Shown here piece by piece: positions 36,090 to 49,683 of a stretch of DNA of 64,000 nt. Both the position numbers and the translations under genes were made by a program. Each line of letters starts with the position of its first letter. Within the stretch, counting starts at the first letter, position 1. The notes under the pieces were generated by a model. It was given only the letters and a program-made list of their open reading frames with translations. It was not told the origin of the DNA and ran no database searches. Source of the DNA: Mobula birostris (Eukaryota); NCBI RefSeq assembly GCF_030028105.1, contig NC_092379.1, positions 30,215,715 to 30,279,714 of the forward strand. The letters are read 5' to 3'.

Positions 36090-38620
36090 GAGTTACAAAA
36101 TACACGTGGACTAAGATGTTAACTGTCCTGTGCTATCACCAGTGAGTTCATCAGTTGATCTGCCACCTCTCTTCAGGAGTTTCGGCCCGTTTATGATCAA
36201 GACTCTCTCGAGGTGGCGGGCCAGCTGTGCTAAAGTACCACCTCCCACTGGTGAGCTTAAAAACTTGGCATCTGCCTCTATCAGAGTTGTTGGTCACTTC
36301 CATCCAACAGATAGTCTACCCTTCAGGTGTCTATGCAACTACTGAAGGGTTTGCAAGATATGTATACACTGTCTGACTAACTGCCCCTCTGGACATACTT
36401 GGTCCACAAGCATGCTGATCCTTTCTCTGCTGCCTCAGCTACAGCCCTGCTGGTTGACTTGATCCCTCTTCTGGTGAAGTCAAGGTCACGCAGCCACTTC
36501 TGGAGAGCGAACGCAGTAAACCCACGGCAGCCGACTTCGAATGGATAGCATGAGACCTTCCACCCTCTGTCTCTGCACTCTGATCTTAATTCTGCATACT
36601 TGTTTAACTTGCGCTCATGGGCTTCATCGACGTTGTCTTCCCAGGGGACTGTGAGTTCACTAATAACTACTTATCTACTGGTGTCAGACCATCTGATTAT
36701 ACCTGGACGCAATGTGGTAAAAGCTATTTGCTCCAGGAAACTTCCTTTCCCGTCCAGGTCGGCCTTGACACACCAATCATTGTCTGCAGAAAGTATGCTT
36801 CATGGTGAGCCTATGCTGTACACCCTTGACTTGGAGCCTTCTTTCGCAAATGATATGCGATGTTCTGTGCAGCATGGGGCATGAGATGAGCTGTGCTGCA
36901 GTACTCTCTGCTCAACCGCTTCTGTTACAACTTTGAGAACGTTCTTATGTCCCCAAGTGTACATGCTGCTGGAAAGATTGACTCTGCATGCACTCAAGAT
37001 ATGTTGAAGTGTTCCCTTCTCGCCACAAGCAGCACATCCGTCTGTCTTATCTTCATACCAGGTGCTGAGGTTGGCAGGTGTTGGGAGTAGATCGTACGCT
37101 GCTCTGCATAAAAAACAAATGCGGAGCGGTTCCATCTGCCACAGAACATTCCAAAATAGGTGTCGTTGTTCAAACTTTCCTTCCGGGTCCACACCACTTG
37201 TTTGGCCAGGCCAGCTGTTTTAGTTAACCTCTTCTCCTCTTCTACCTCTCGTATTTCTTGTGTTACAAGCTCATGGCGCTCCTCACCTGTAGAAGATGAC
37301 TACCACTTGTGGGTTGTCCATCCAAGTCCCTGGCGGCCTAGCTGGATAGCCGTAACCGTCTCCTTGTGCTTCAATCTAGACTCTGCCTCATCAACTGCTA
37401 CACGGGCTGACCACTTCCTGCATGATCTCCCATCTGGCTGGGTGTTCTTGATGACAGGGTCTTTTGAGTCTCGAAGCATCAAGAATGATCTTAACTTGGC
37501 TACCTTGACCTCCTCAACAAGGGATTGCACTGGGATGGTAAGCTTTGTCTGGCTACTGTGGATTGCAACATTGGTGAGGCTGCTCGGTACTCCAAGCCAC
37601 TTCTTCACATACTTGTTGATCTTCGGTTCCATTGCCTCAACATGGGACAATGCCACTTCATAGACAGTTCGTGGCCACATTATCCGTGGCATCAGTCCGT
37701 ACTGCAAGCACCACAACTTCAACTTGCCAGGCAAGCCACACTTGTCAACAGACATCAGACCTGTGCTGATCTGTTCTCCTGTCTCTTGAACCCTCTTGGT
37801 GTCTCTCAGCTCCTCTGTGTACCATTGCCCGAGGCTCTTAACTGGTTGGTCCTGAATGGATGGAATCTCCTCTCCACAGAGGGTGAAATGAAAGTCAACC
37901 AGCTTTCCTCTCCTAAGAACAAGGCTCCTTGACTTCTTGGTCTTGAACTTCATTCTTCCCCAATCCATTAGCTCCTCGAGTCTAGATAGTACATTTTCCA
38001 CAGCCTCCGTGCTGGGACCCAAAAGGATGAGATCATCCATGAACGCTCATGTTGGTGGTAACTCCTCGTCGCCATCAAGTGCAACACCTGGTCCCGCTGA
38101 TTCTGCAGCCCTCACAATAACCTCCATGGCTAACACAAAAAGGATGGGTGAAATTGCACATCCCATTGGGATTCCAACATCCAAGCTCTGCCACCTAGTT
38201 GCAAACTGCTGAGTGGAAAACCTCATCCGGAAATCGTTGTAGTACTGCATAACAAAGTTCCTCACCTGAGCAAGAATCCATAGGAATTCCATCGCAAACT
38301 CAATCAGGACATGGGGAACAGAACCATATGCATTTGCCAGATCAAGCCAAACTACAGCCAGATTTCTTCTCAACCTTTTTGACTCCTGGATGGTATGCCA
38401 TATCATACTAGAATGTTCAATGCATCCTGGGAAGCCTGGTATTTCTGCTTTCTGCACAAATGTATCTACTGATCCATTCTCAATCACAAATGAAGATATT
38501 CTTTCTGCCAGAATGCCAAATAGAATCTTCCTTCTACATTCAGGAGTGAGATTTGTCGGAACTGACTCAATGTAGAAGAATTCTCTCCCTTCGGGATGTA
38601 TACTCCTTCAGCCTCACTCC
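36090..38620 (-). mobile_element. 5'-truncated HERO/NeSL-like RLE non-LTR retrotransposon
   Basis: RT: PGFPGCIEH...WLDLANAYGSVPH...GIPMGCAISPILF...MDD. Zn knuckle: CAAC...HILSAC. RLE: ERKLNKYAELRSEC...YPFEVGCRG. Candidate TSD ATGCCA(36084-36089)/ATGACA(38621-38626). Absent at the paralogous site ~15905. Confidence 0.85.
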
Positions 38621-39286
38621 ATGACAAATGCATCTTTACCATTTGGGAAATGGATAAAATGTATTATGCAGTGTTCGGCAATGTTACACTTTGATCGGTC
38701 ATATCATGACGGGACGATGTGCGTCAATCGCTTGACTGCAGTCGTCATGCGAATACAGGACTGGGTATACTCGGAAATGGATGAAGACACTCAGCCTCTG
38801 AGGCACTGCTACACTTGGTGGAGAATACTGATAAGCCGAGTGCCAAACATCACATAACCACAATCAATCCTCCAAAAGCTTTCTTTCCCTTTGATTATAT
38901 CCCTAACTTCATGCGTTATCCGTTCTTTGATGTTGTCAGACTCTCTGCGTGAAAACATATCTTTTCCATTTTCGGGCAAATTTTCCACCACTCACGCATT
39001 GGTTCATTTGGAAGCTTTACGAACTCCGACTCAGTTCTTATATACATAATGTAGTGCATTCGACATGACAACGGATATATTCAGAACAACCTTCTGAATT
39101 CAGAACATGCATTTTCATTGCGAGAACTTCAAGCAGATCTTGACTTCGGGACGGTGTTCTTTTGTGAGAAGTGTTTGACTTGTGGACAGAAGTCAACAAT
39201 CCAGGGAAACTAATCGCTGATGTAAATCTTGACTGACACTGCTTTCTATTGCTTTTGAATATCGCCGTAAGGGACCGATATAACAG

Positions 39287-39287
<1 letters not shown>

Positions 39288-39318
<31 letters not shown>
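39288..39318. repeat. (AGT)n microsatellite / Rex tail
   Basis: Visible trinucleotide run adjoining a minus-strand Rex fragment (~39300-39960). Confidence 0.9.
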
Positions 39319-42300
39319 AAAATAACAATTATATTAAGAAGAAGACGAAGAAAAAGAACAAGAACTTTATTGTTCCTGAGTGGGATCTTCTTTCGTTACA
39401 GCAGCAGCACTTAAAATACATTTAGTAGTCTTCAGAACGAAGTAAGAATACAGTAGAGAATAATAATATACACAATAATAATTTACCGATGTGCAAAAAT
39501 GTACAACAATAATGTACGAAATTATAAAACATGGACTGTTGTATTACGGAGTGTGTTCTTCTGGCGCAGAGAGATAAAGTGTTGTATACACTTATTGCGT
39601 TTGGTTGGGGAGATTTTCATGCAACGATACTTGTGACAGGGATGCCGAATAAATCTGTCTGGAAGAGTGCTACGCTGCTTATTCAGTAGCTCATTGAGAG
39701 TATGTGCAAGATTGTCCATAATGGATAACAGCTGGTTCAAATATGCCCTCTACAGCACTAAACGAAAAGAGACCGGGTTATAGCCAAGAGCGCATCCAAA
39801 CTCTTTTGATTAGATTATTAGTAGTTTTGCATCACCAGCACCGATGCTACTCCCTCAAAATAAAGCCGGAAAAAGGACTGCACTCGATATAATAGATTGG
39901 TAAAACATCTCAAACACCCTGTTGCAGATATTGAATGATCTCACGTTCCTTAGAAAATAGAGACAGCTCATTCCCTTTACTGATTGCCCACTACTTCCCA
40001 TGGAGCAGAAAAGCTACATTCGCGAGAAATATTTGAGATCTGCCTGTGATATACAGCGAGATAAGTCCCGGCACCCGAGCTCCATCATGCATTTCTGTTT
40101 TTCCTGGAAATGTTCGTTTCTGTTTAACCATCGAGAACTCCGGGTGTATCAACTGGCAATTTACTTCACTTTAAACGGTAATCATCGAGGCAGAATCCAG
40201 GTGCGTTCAGAAATACACACTCTCTTCTGGAAAAATCGAATTTTTTATATTCTGCAAAGCAGTATATGTTTCTGTCCTAAAGTAAGAGGCAGTTTAGCTG
40301 AGAGATTAGGGAGAAACGTTCTGAAGAGAATTGTACTAAGAGGGACAACCACAGAATAGTGGACAGCTCGTGTGAGTCTCTGAGCTGCAGAGTCGCATAG
40401 TATCGGTACAAACACTTCGCCTTTGATATCTCCTATTTCCCCGGATGTTCCACTCTCCTTCCCACGAACAGACTGACGAGTAGCTGGCATTTGCAAAATA
40501 AATTGTAAACTGTTTTCCACATGAAAGCAAGTGCTACAATCTTTGATATGTTACAGTCATTGGGAATATGTGGGAAAGAAATTGGTGAAAGCGTCGATTG
40601 AGTTTATAACGGACAGAGGGTGAGGACTGTTTAATTACTCTGTGCTGTTTTATTCTCGAGGCATTTCTGTTTGATTTACCTTGTCACCTCCTTTTGATCT
40701 ACAGTTGTATCTGCTGGAAGCAGATTAACTTCCGAAACGTTTTGAAAAGATGAATAAATATCAGAGATGTACAGAGAACTTGTTCTGAATTTTGGACATT
40801 ACTAACCAAATATATGATGATCAACCCATATTAATAAAAAGAAATATTTCACGAGAATACAGTCTAATTGCCCATTGAGTTTAAAATAAAATTCCCAGTA
40901 TGGAAGCGACAGAATCAAAATGGGATTGAATCAAAATAATAATCGGACAGCTTGCAATGACTAATCATTCCATTGAGTTCGTCTCTGAACTGTTGGAGGA
41001 TTCGGGAACAGTCGGTGAAAACCCTAGCATTCCATGTGGAGGACGCACAGACTAATTACAGATAAACCAGAACTGAACTCCGAACTGTTACTCCCAGAAC
41101 TGTAAAAGAGTCGAATTCACCGCTACGCTACTATGGCGCCCAAAATATAATAACACGGTATTATATTTATATATGAATATAAATAATTAAAATAATTGCA
41201 GTTACTTTGAAAGGCGTGGCAGCAGCAATTAATCAAAACATGTAAATAATACAGGTGAATGATTTATTTTGCTTTCCAATGTACAGAGCCAGGAATTTCA
41301 GTTCAGGTGAATGCATTTTTTAGTGGACTGCTAGGGGATCCCAGTACGAATAAGTTTCTGCTCAGACTAAACTAAAGAAAGTCGAGGAATGACAAAACGT
41401 AGGTTATCTCTAAGGAGTGGGAGGAATTACGACGTTGCCTTATAATAACTAACGATCGAATGTTTCTTTCGCAGCGTCTCTCCCAGTTATGTCGATTACC
41501 TCCAATTATAGCAATATTTTCAATTGGATGAGCATGTAATTGCCAAAAGAATGCAGTTTCATTTTAATGAGATTCATGCTATCGGAAGAAACTGAACGCA
41601 ACAGAAGACATCTCAGTAAGCATCGCCTGCACGCTAATACTCTCAGGTGAAAGCATTTTACCTGCTAAGAAGACACATTTAGGCTCCCTAAAGTTAGTTG
41701 TGAGAAGGGCACGGGCGATGATGTGGTTTATGAAAACAGGTTGAGTTAACTCGGCGTTTTCTCCTTGGAGCCACAGAGGATGGGAGGTGAACTGACAGAG
41801 GAGTACAAGACGATGAGAGGCATTGATCGTGTGGATAGTCAGAGGCTTTTTCCCAGGGCTCAAATGGGTGCCACAAGAGGGCACCGGTTTAAGGTGCTTG
41901 GGGGAAGTGACATAGGAGATGTCAGGGGTAAGTTTTTTACAGAGAGAGTGGTGAGTGCGTGGAATGGGCTGTCGGCAACGCTGGTAGAGGCGGATACGAA
42001 TGGATTTTTTGAGAGACTTTTGGGTAGGTACATGGAGCTGAGAAAAATAGAGGCTATGGGTAGCCCTCGTAATTTCCACGGTAGTGACATGTTCGGCACA
42101 ACTTCGTGGGCCGAAGGGCATATATTGGGCTGCAGAATTTCTATGTTCTTATGTTTCTAGAATCGTAATGACATCTGTAGCTCGTGATGCCCTGTACTTT
42201 GAAAACAATGGATTATGCATTTATTGTTTGGTATTTGTAACATTTCAATGTCCGTTACTCTTCTGCCACCGTTCACACGGCGCAAGATGATTTGCGACGT

Positions 42301-42367
42301 TCCTTCATTCAAAATGGCTGGTAGATTGGCATATACCACATGGATATACTGGAGAATGTATTGGGAT

Positions 42368-45300
42368 AGAACATAGAACATAGAACATAGAATAGTACAG
42401 CACATTACAGGCCATTCGGCCCACAATGTTCTGCCGACCCTCAAACCCTGCCTTCCATATAACACTCAACCTTAAATTCCTCCATATACCTGTCTAGTAG
42501 TCTTTTAAACTTCACGAGTGTATCTGCCTCCACCACTGACTCAGGCAGTGCATTCTACGCACCAACCACTCTCTGAGTAAAAAATCTTCCTCTAATATTC
42601 CCCTTGAACTTCCCACCCTTTACCTTAAAACCATGTCCTCTTGTATTGAGCAGTGGTGCCCTGGGGAAGTGACGCTGGCTAGTCACTCTGTCTAGTCCTG
42701 TTATTATCTAGTACACCTCGATCATGTCTCCTGTCATCTTCCTTTTCTCCAAAGAGTAAAGCCCTAGCTGATCATAATGCATGCTCTCTAAACCAGGCAG
42801 CATCCTGGTAAATCTCCTCTGTACCCTTTCCAATGCTTCCACATCCGTCCTATAGTGAGGCGACCTGAAATGGACGCAATACTCCAATTGTTCGCTAACC
42901 AGAGTTTTAAAGAGCTGCATCATTATATCGCGACTCTTAAACTCTATCCCTCGACTGATGAAACCTAACATGCCTTAAGCTTTCTGAACGACCCTATCTA
43001 CCTGTGAGGCAGCTTTCCGGGATCTGTGGACATGTATCCCAGATCCCTCTGCTCCTCCACACTACCATGTATCCTGCCATTTACTTTGCAATCTGCCTTG
43101 GAGTTTGTCCTTCCAAAGAGTACCACCTCACACTTCTCCGGGTTGAACTCCATCTGGCACTTCTCAGCCCACTTCTGCATCCCATCAATGTCTCTCTGCA
43201 ATTTTCGACATTTCTCTACACTATCTACAACACCACCAACAATGTGTCGTCTGCAAACTTGCCAACACACCCTTCTACCCCGACATCCAGGTCGTTAATA
43301 AAAATCACGAAAAGCAGCGGTCCCAGAACAGATCCTTGTGGGACACCACTAGTCACAATCCTCCAATCTGAATGCACTCCCTCCACCATGACCCTCTGCC
43401 TTCTGCAGGCAAACTAATTCTGAATCCACCTGGCCAAACTTCCTTGGATCCCATGCCTTCTGACCTTCTGAATAAGCCTACTGTGTGGAACCTTGTCAAA
43501 TGCCTTACTAAAATCCATATAGATCACATACACTGCACTACCCTCATCTATATGCCTGGTCACCTCCTCAAAGAACTCTATCAGGCTTGTTAGACACGAT
43601 CTGCCCTTCACAAAGCCAAGCTGACTGTCCCTGCTCAGACCATGTTCTCTAAATGCCCATAGATCCTATCTCTAAGAACCTTTTCCAACAGCTTTCCCAC
43701 CACAGACGTAAGGTTCACTGGTCTGTAATTACCCGGACTATCCCTACTACCTATTTTGATCAAGGGGACAACATTCGCCTCCCCCAATCCTCCGGTACCA
43801 ATTCCGTGGACAACGAGGACATAAAAATCCTAGACAGAGGGTCAGCAATCTCTTCCCTCGCCCCATGGAGCAGCCTGGGGAATATTCCGTCAGGGTCTGG
43901 GGACTTATCTGTCCTAATGTATTTTAACAACTCCAACACCTCCTCTCCCTTAATATCTACATGCTCCAGAACATCAAGCTCACTCATATTGTCCTCACCA
44001 TCATCAAGTTCCCTCTCATTGGTGAATACCGAAGAGAAGTATTCATTGATGACCTCGCTCACTTGCACAGCCTCCAGGCACATCTTCCCACCTTTATCTC
44101 TAATCGGTCCTACCTTCACTCCTGTCATACTTTTGTTCATCACATAATTGAAGAATGCCTTGGGGGTTTCCTTTACCCTACTCGCCAAGGCCTTCTCATG
44201 CCTCCTTCTTGCTCTTCTCAGCTCCTTCTTAAGCTCCTTTCTTGCTTCCCTGTATACCTGAATAGACCCATCTGATCCTTGCTTCCTAAACCTCATGTAT
44301 GCTGCCTTCTTCCACCTGACTAGATTTTCCACCTCACCTGTCACCCATGGTTCCTTCACCCTACTAATCTTTATCTTCCTCACCGGAACAAATTTATCCC
44401 TGACATCCTGCAAGAGCTCTCTAAACATTGGCCGCATGTCCATAGTACATTTCCCTGAAAAATCATCATCCCAATTCACATCTGCAAGTTCTAGCCTTAC
44501 AGCCTCATAATTCGCCCTTCCCCAAATAAGAATTTCCCTGTCCTCTCTGATTCTATCCTTTTCCATGATAATGCTAAAGGCCAGGGAGCGTTGATCACTG
44601 TCCCCCAGATGCTCACCCACTCAGAGATCTGTGACCTGACCCGGTTCATTACCTAGTACTAGATCTAGTATGGCATTCCCCCTAGTCGGCCTGTCCACAT
44701 ACTGTGACAGAAATCCATCCTGGATACACTTAACAAACTCCGCCCCATCTAAACACTTGGAACTAATCAGGTACCAATCAATATTAGGGAAGTTAAAGTC
44801 ACTCATGATAACAACCGTGTTATTTTTGCACCTTTCCAAAATCTGCCCCCCAATCGACTCCTCTGCATCTCTGCTGCTACCAGGGAGCCTATAGAATACT
44901 CCCAATAGAGTAACTGCTCTCTTCCTGTTCCTGATTTCCACCCATACTGACACAAAAGACTATTCTCCTACATTACCCACCCTTTCTGTTGCTGTAATAG
45001 TACCCTCACCAGTAATGCCAGCCCTCCTCCCCTTTTTCACTCCTCTCTATCCCTTTTGAAGCACCGAAATCCGGGAATATTGAGAATCCATTCCTGCCCT
45101 GGTGCCAGCCAAGTCTCTGTCATGGCCAGTACATCATGCTTCCATGTATACATCCAAGCTCTCAGTTTGTCACCTTTGTTCCTGATGCTTCTGGCATTGA
45201 GGTACACACACTTCAGCCCTTCTGCCTTACTACCTTTACACCGTTTATTCTGCTTCCCTTTCCTCTACGCCTCTCTATATGTTAGATCTGGCTTTACTCC

Positions 45301-46650
45301 ATGCACTTATTTCACTGTTCTATCTCTCCGGGTCCCACCCCCTTGCAAATTACTTTAAACCCTCCTGAACCATGCTCGCAAACTTACCTGCAAGGATATT
45401 GCCCCCCTTTGGGTTCAGGTGCAACCCATCCAATCTGTACAGGTCCCACATTCCCCAGAAGGGATCCCAATGATCCAAAAATCTAAAACCCTGCTCCCTG
45501 CACCGACTCCTCAGCCATGCATTCAACTGCCATCTCCTCCTATTCTTACCATCACTGTCACGTAGCACTGGCAGCAATCCTGAGAACGCCACCCTTGAGG
45601 TCCTGTTCTTCACCCTTCTGCCTAGTTCCCGAAACTCACACTTCAGAACCTCATCCCTTTTCCTGCCTATGTCGTTGGTACCAACATGCATCACGACTTC
45701 TGGCTGTGTTCCCTCTCGTACCAGGATGTAGTGCACCTGGTCAGAGACATCCCGGACCCTGGCACCCGGGAGGCAATGAACCATGCGGGTGTCGTTCTCA
45801 CGTCCACAAAAGCTCCTGTCTGCTCCCCTGACTATAGAGTTTCCAATAACGACAGATCTCCTCTTCTTCGTCCCACCCTACTGCACCACCAGGTCAGACT
45901 CAGTGCCAGAGGCCCTGCCACCTTGGCTCACACCTGGTCGGTCGTCCACGTCAACAGTATCCAGGACGGTAAACTTATTATTCAGGGGAATGGCTACATG
46001 GTGCTCTGTACTACCTGTCTGCTCATCTTCGCTTTTCCCCATCTGACTGTTACCCAAGGACCTGCTTCCGACAACCTACGTGTGACTACCTCGCTGCAGC
46101 TCTCATCTATGACTGCCTCATTCTCCCTTATGAGTGGAAAGTCATCAGCTGCTGCTTCAGATTCCTTACATAGTTTCCAGATCGCCCAGCCGTATGTACT
46201 TCTGGCAGATGTGACTCTGCAGGAGAGGGGCGTTCCCCAAACACTGCCACATCGCACATGGGAGGCACATCATCGTCTCAGGAGGCATTGTAAAGACTAA
46301 CTGCGAGCAAGCTTGTCCTCCGCCTCTTCTCGTCGAAGCCTCTCAAGCCAAAGCCTCAAAGCTCCACTACTTCACTGGCCCACTGGCTACTTTCCACAGC
46401 CCGCTCTATTTATCTGTTTGAGCTTCTCAAAATGCTTGGTCACCTGACCTACACTGCCCAATCAGCTGCTTTCTGCTCAGTCTGAGCTATTCAAATCTTG
46501 ATTGTCTAATCAACGGCTTTCTACTGATCTATTCAAATTTTGATTGACTTCATTGCCGAGATCAACTGCCAATACTGCCAGAATCTTTCGAGTCAAAGGC
46601 TCAAAGCTCCACTCCTTCACTGGCCCACTCACTCACTGGCCGCTTTCCAC
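42368..46650 (-). mobile_element. Near full-length CR1 LINE, present only in unit 2
   Basis: 5'UTR with a duplicated monomer (~46340-46400, ~46590-46650). ORF1 from ATG 46288 with a CxxC Zn motif and SGNH esterase (CLPGARVRDV...HVGTND). ORF2 APE+RT (LTSLIEFFEEVT...YMDFSKAFDKVPH). (AACATAG)n tail. Stops and frameshifts present; empty site at ~18697. Confidence 0.92.
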
Positions 46651-47028
46651 AATAATAATGATGGAATGGCGGGGCACCCTCGATAAGATGATTGGCCCAA
46701 TTCTGTTGCTATGTCTTATGCATTTCTGATCTAAAATGCGAATTCCCTGAAGGCAATAATGCCGTTTTGCTCCGGGAATATATTCTTGAGAGTGGGGTGT
46801 CTTCCATCAGTAGAAATGAGGAATCGGTGGATCCGGTAGCTTCCATGGAAATGATGTTTCGAACCAAGAACATCAGAACATAATGATTTCTCCCAGCATA
46901 TTTTGGTTGTTGATTGTGGTACTTTTATTTTCTCTATCATCATTCTGCTGAACATCCCACCACACTGCGGTTTCATGCCGTTTGTCTCCGTGCTCGGCAG
47001 TGGTGTATTTATATGATAAAACTAAATG

Positions 47029-47067
47029 AGTTTTTGTATTGTTCCCTCGCTGCTTACTCGCACTGTG
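47029..47067 (-). other. Second (distal) 23-RSS, cassette 2 (CACAGTG-23-ACAAAAACT)
   Basis: Heptamer 47067-47061, 23-nt spacer, nonamer 47037-47029; 22 nt past the proximal RSS, as in cassette 1. Confidence 0.85.
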
Positions 47068-47128
47068 TGCTTGTAAAGAGAAGCACCCTAGTTCTTGAAC
47101 AGCGCTGTCCATGCGCGGCATCACAGTG

Positions 47129-47431
47129 CTGCAAACCGACTCATTGCACAGTAATACACAGCAGCGTCGCCCAGTTGCACTTTGGAGATCGTCAGCTGGC
47201 TGATTTTCTTACCAGGATCGACAAAACCAGTAATTCGCTCTCCGGCATTTTTTGTCTTAACTTGTGCTCCGAAAGTTTGTCCCTGGAGCAGGAATATGGG
47301 TACCTGCCCTGGAAGCTGGCGATACCAGTGTAGTGTGTTGCGACAATACACGTCATATCCACAGGTTAAAATGGCAGTGTCGGCAAGTGTAGTTTGCAGT
47401 TCCGGACTCTGAGACGGTGGAGAAATTGATT
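47129..47431 (-). CDS. Leaderless supporting TCR-delta V segment, cassette 2
   Basis: ESISPPSQSPELQTTLADTAILTCGYDVYCRNTLHWYRQ...GDAAVYYCAMSRFA. An in-frame TGA lies upstream with no ATG in between. RSS CACTGTG-23-TCAAGAACT at 47128-47090. Confidence 0.92.
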
Positions 47432-48804
47432 CTGTATGAACATAAAGGAAGATTATTGCTGATTTACCGATAGCTGTCAGAAAAGGGGTCCCAATTATGA
47501 TAAGGAGATTTTCCTTTCGCAGAAACTTGTTTCATTTGGAATGTGAGTAAACAGTACTTAATGTAGTTGACAATTATTATAAGGAATTGCTGCAGTGAAA
47601 TAAAATCAGGGACTCCTGGTAAATTGCGGACATCTTGCTATTATCAAAACATGTTTCATATTTTGAACATCTATGTGGAAGGAAGAACTAATTTCATGGA
47701 ACAATTGCAGAGAAGCTACAAACATATAATGGGCCGAATTTCTTTTTCTCAGTTCTGTGGTGTTTATTTTAAACGTCAGTTTAATTCGGAATAATGATGG
47801 ATCGGATGTTTTTTTTTCGAATTGATAGATGCTCCATCCAGAATTGCTTTTTTAAAATAAATTTCCACCCCATAAGTTACAGCCTTTTGCATTGTAACAT
47901 GTTCATCACAGTAATGAGACTGAACGGTACAGACTGGTCAGATAATTTTCTAAGCTGCTGAAGGCGAAGGTTTATTTTCGACTGGATTTTAGGAGCCGAT
48001 TTCAAGATTTTATTCCCTTCCCTTTTGTTAATTTTTCATCAATGGGGTGTGCAATTCGCTGTACTATTTGAGAATAATTTATAGAAAACAAATTTCATTA
48101 TTTCTTGCATCTCGGTAACTACATATATACATATATATTCCGCTTGCGGTTTATGCCTTAAGCTGCTAACAATACTTCCCACGGTCTGACAAGAGTCTGT
48201 TGGATTCATTCTGCGAAGATTACACCAGCATTTCATCCTTACTCATAGCAGAAATTTCCCTTTCCATCTGACTCTGTTAATTCAGTTTACCACCTTGCCT
48301 TTCTACACAGTGAGTCTGGATTCAGTCTACAGAATTACACCACACAAGACAAACCATAAAATTCCAGTCACTCTCTTTCAACAGTGAAGAGCTGTGCATC
48401 GGTCCAGCTCTCTAAAACCTACTGCAGTGGAAAATAAATGCATCTCTCACATTCTGCGAATGAACCTGCCTCCTCTCAGTCTGCTTCCTTTCGGGCCGGT
48501 GCACCTGATTTTCCATTCTGTACTTATTCATTTTTGGTGTTTGGTCGTTATTGGCAGTATCTACATGTATTGTTCACCAGCAGTACGAATGCGAGACCTC
48601 CTGATGTGTTGAATATTTTTACAACAACGGCTCTTCCAGTAAAGACACCCTGTGCTTACGTCCTCCCTGGCACACATTTTAGAAACGAGATTTGACATCA
48701 GGCCCATTTAAAGTTTAATGATTTTAAATCAATCGTTCATCTCTCAAACGACAGTAAAAATGGGTGAGATATTTGAAGAATCGTCGGTGTCTGTGGATAC
48801 TTAC

Positions 48805-48862
48805 CGGGCCTGACCGTGACCTTTGTCCCTGCTCCATCTAGAGTATGAGTCGTCCATACATA
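48805..48862 (-). CDS. NAR-TCR J segment, cassette 2 (YVWTTHTLDGAGTKVTVRP) with 23-RSS
   Basis: RSS CACAATG(48863-48869)-23-ACAACAACT(48893-48901); DGAGTKVTV motif; G|GTAAGT donor. Confidence 0.92.
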
Positions 48863-49276
48863 CACAATGATCCTGTTCTCAGTCTCCACCATACAACAAC
48901 TACACTCACGTGAATCTGCTTAGGAAACGCTACAATAGGCTTCCCAATGTTTCCAGGGTTGTTAATGAAACAAATAGCATGCAATATTCCCCATTTGCCG
49001 GCATGTCGAAATGTTTTTTTTGTGAGAAAGCAAGACCAAATTAAAATAAAACAGGAACACGCAGAGCAGACCGATTCCCAGAGGAAAAAAAACATAGCAT
49101 ACCTGTCAATCAAAAATACATATGCAATATGGAAAATAAAAATAATCTAAACAGATTAGTCGGTGAACTTCGCCAGGTTTGTATTTTTGGTATGGGATAT
49201 GGAGAATATATCGTTTAAATATGATTCATTTATATATTTACTATTTTCTATTTTTGTTGAAATCTCTTCCACTGTG

Positions 49277-49292
49277 CTTGCCCCAAAGTGTA
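49277..49292 (-). CDS. NAR-TCR D segment, cassette 2 (TACACTTTGGGGCAAG) with 12/12 RSS
   Basis: 3' RSS is CACAGTG-12-ACAAAAATA (49276-49249). 5' RSS read on + is CACAGTG-12-TTCAAATCT (49293-49320). Confidence 0.9.
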
Positions 49293-49683
49293 CACAGTGC
49301 CTTATGTGAATTTCAAATCTTCTGGCCAATCGATGAAAGAGTCGAGCAGGAATTATATTCGCAGCGCTGGCGTTTTCCGTTTCCAAGTGTTCATGAACAT
49401 TTCCGTCTGTAGTTGACGACAAGAATGTCTATTTCTAAATTATTTGTCGGCATTTATTGACACATACCTCAGGGTAGGCAACAGCATCTGCGCACACGCG
49501 AGGTGGGAACATAAAGACTGTACATGGATCGAAACAATAATGACTGTTAGCTGGACTGCAGGACAGATCCACAGCGAGACAGGAATATGAATTAAACGCG
49601 CAGATCCAGTCTGCTCCGTCTGAATCAGGAATAAGCTACAGCGGAAGTTTTTGTACAGCGCGAAGCCGAATCTCATCATTGTG

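Noticed and set aside
40340-40400. ...LTRAVHYSV on the minus strand as a decayed V FR3 (AVYYCA)
   Set aside because: No recognisable upstream V framework and no RSS.
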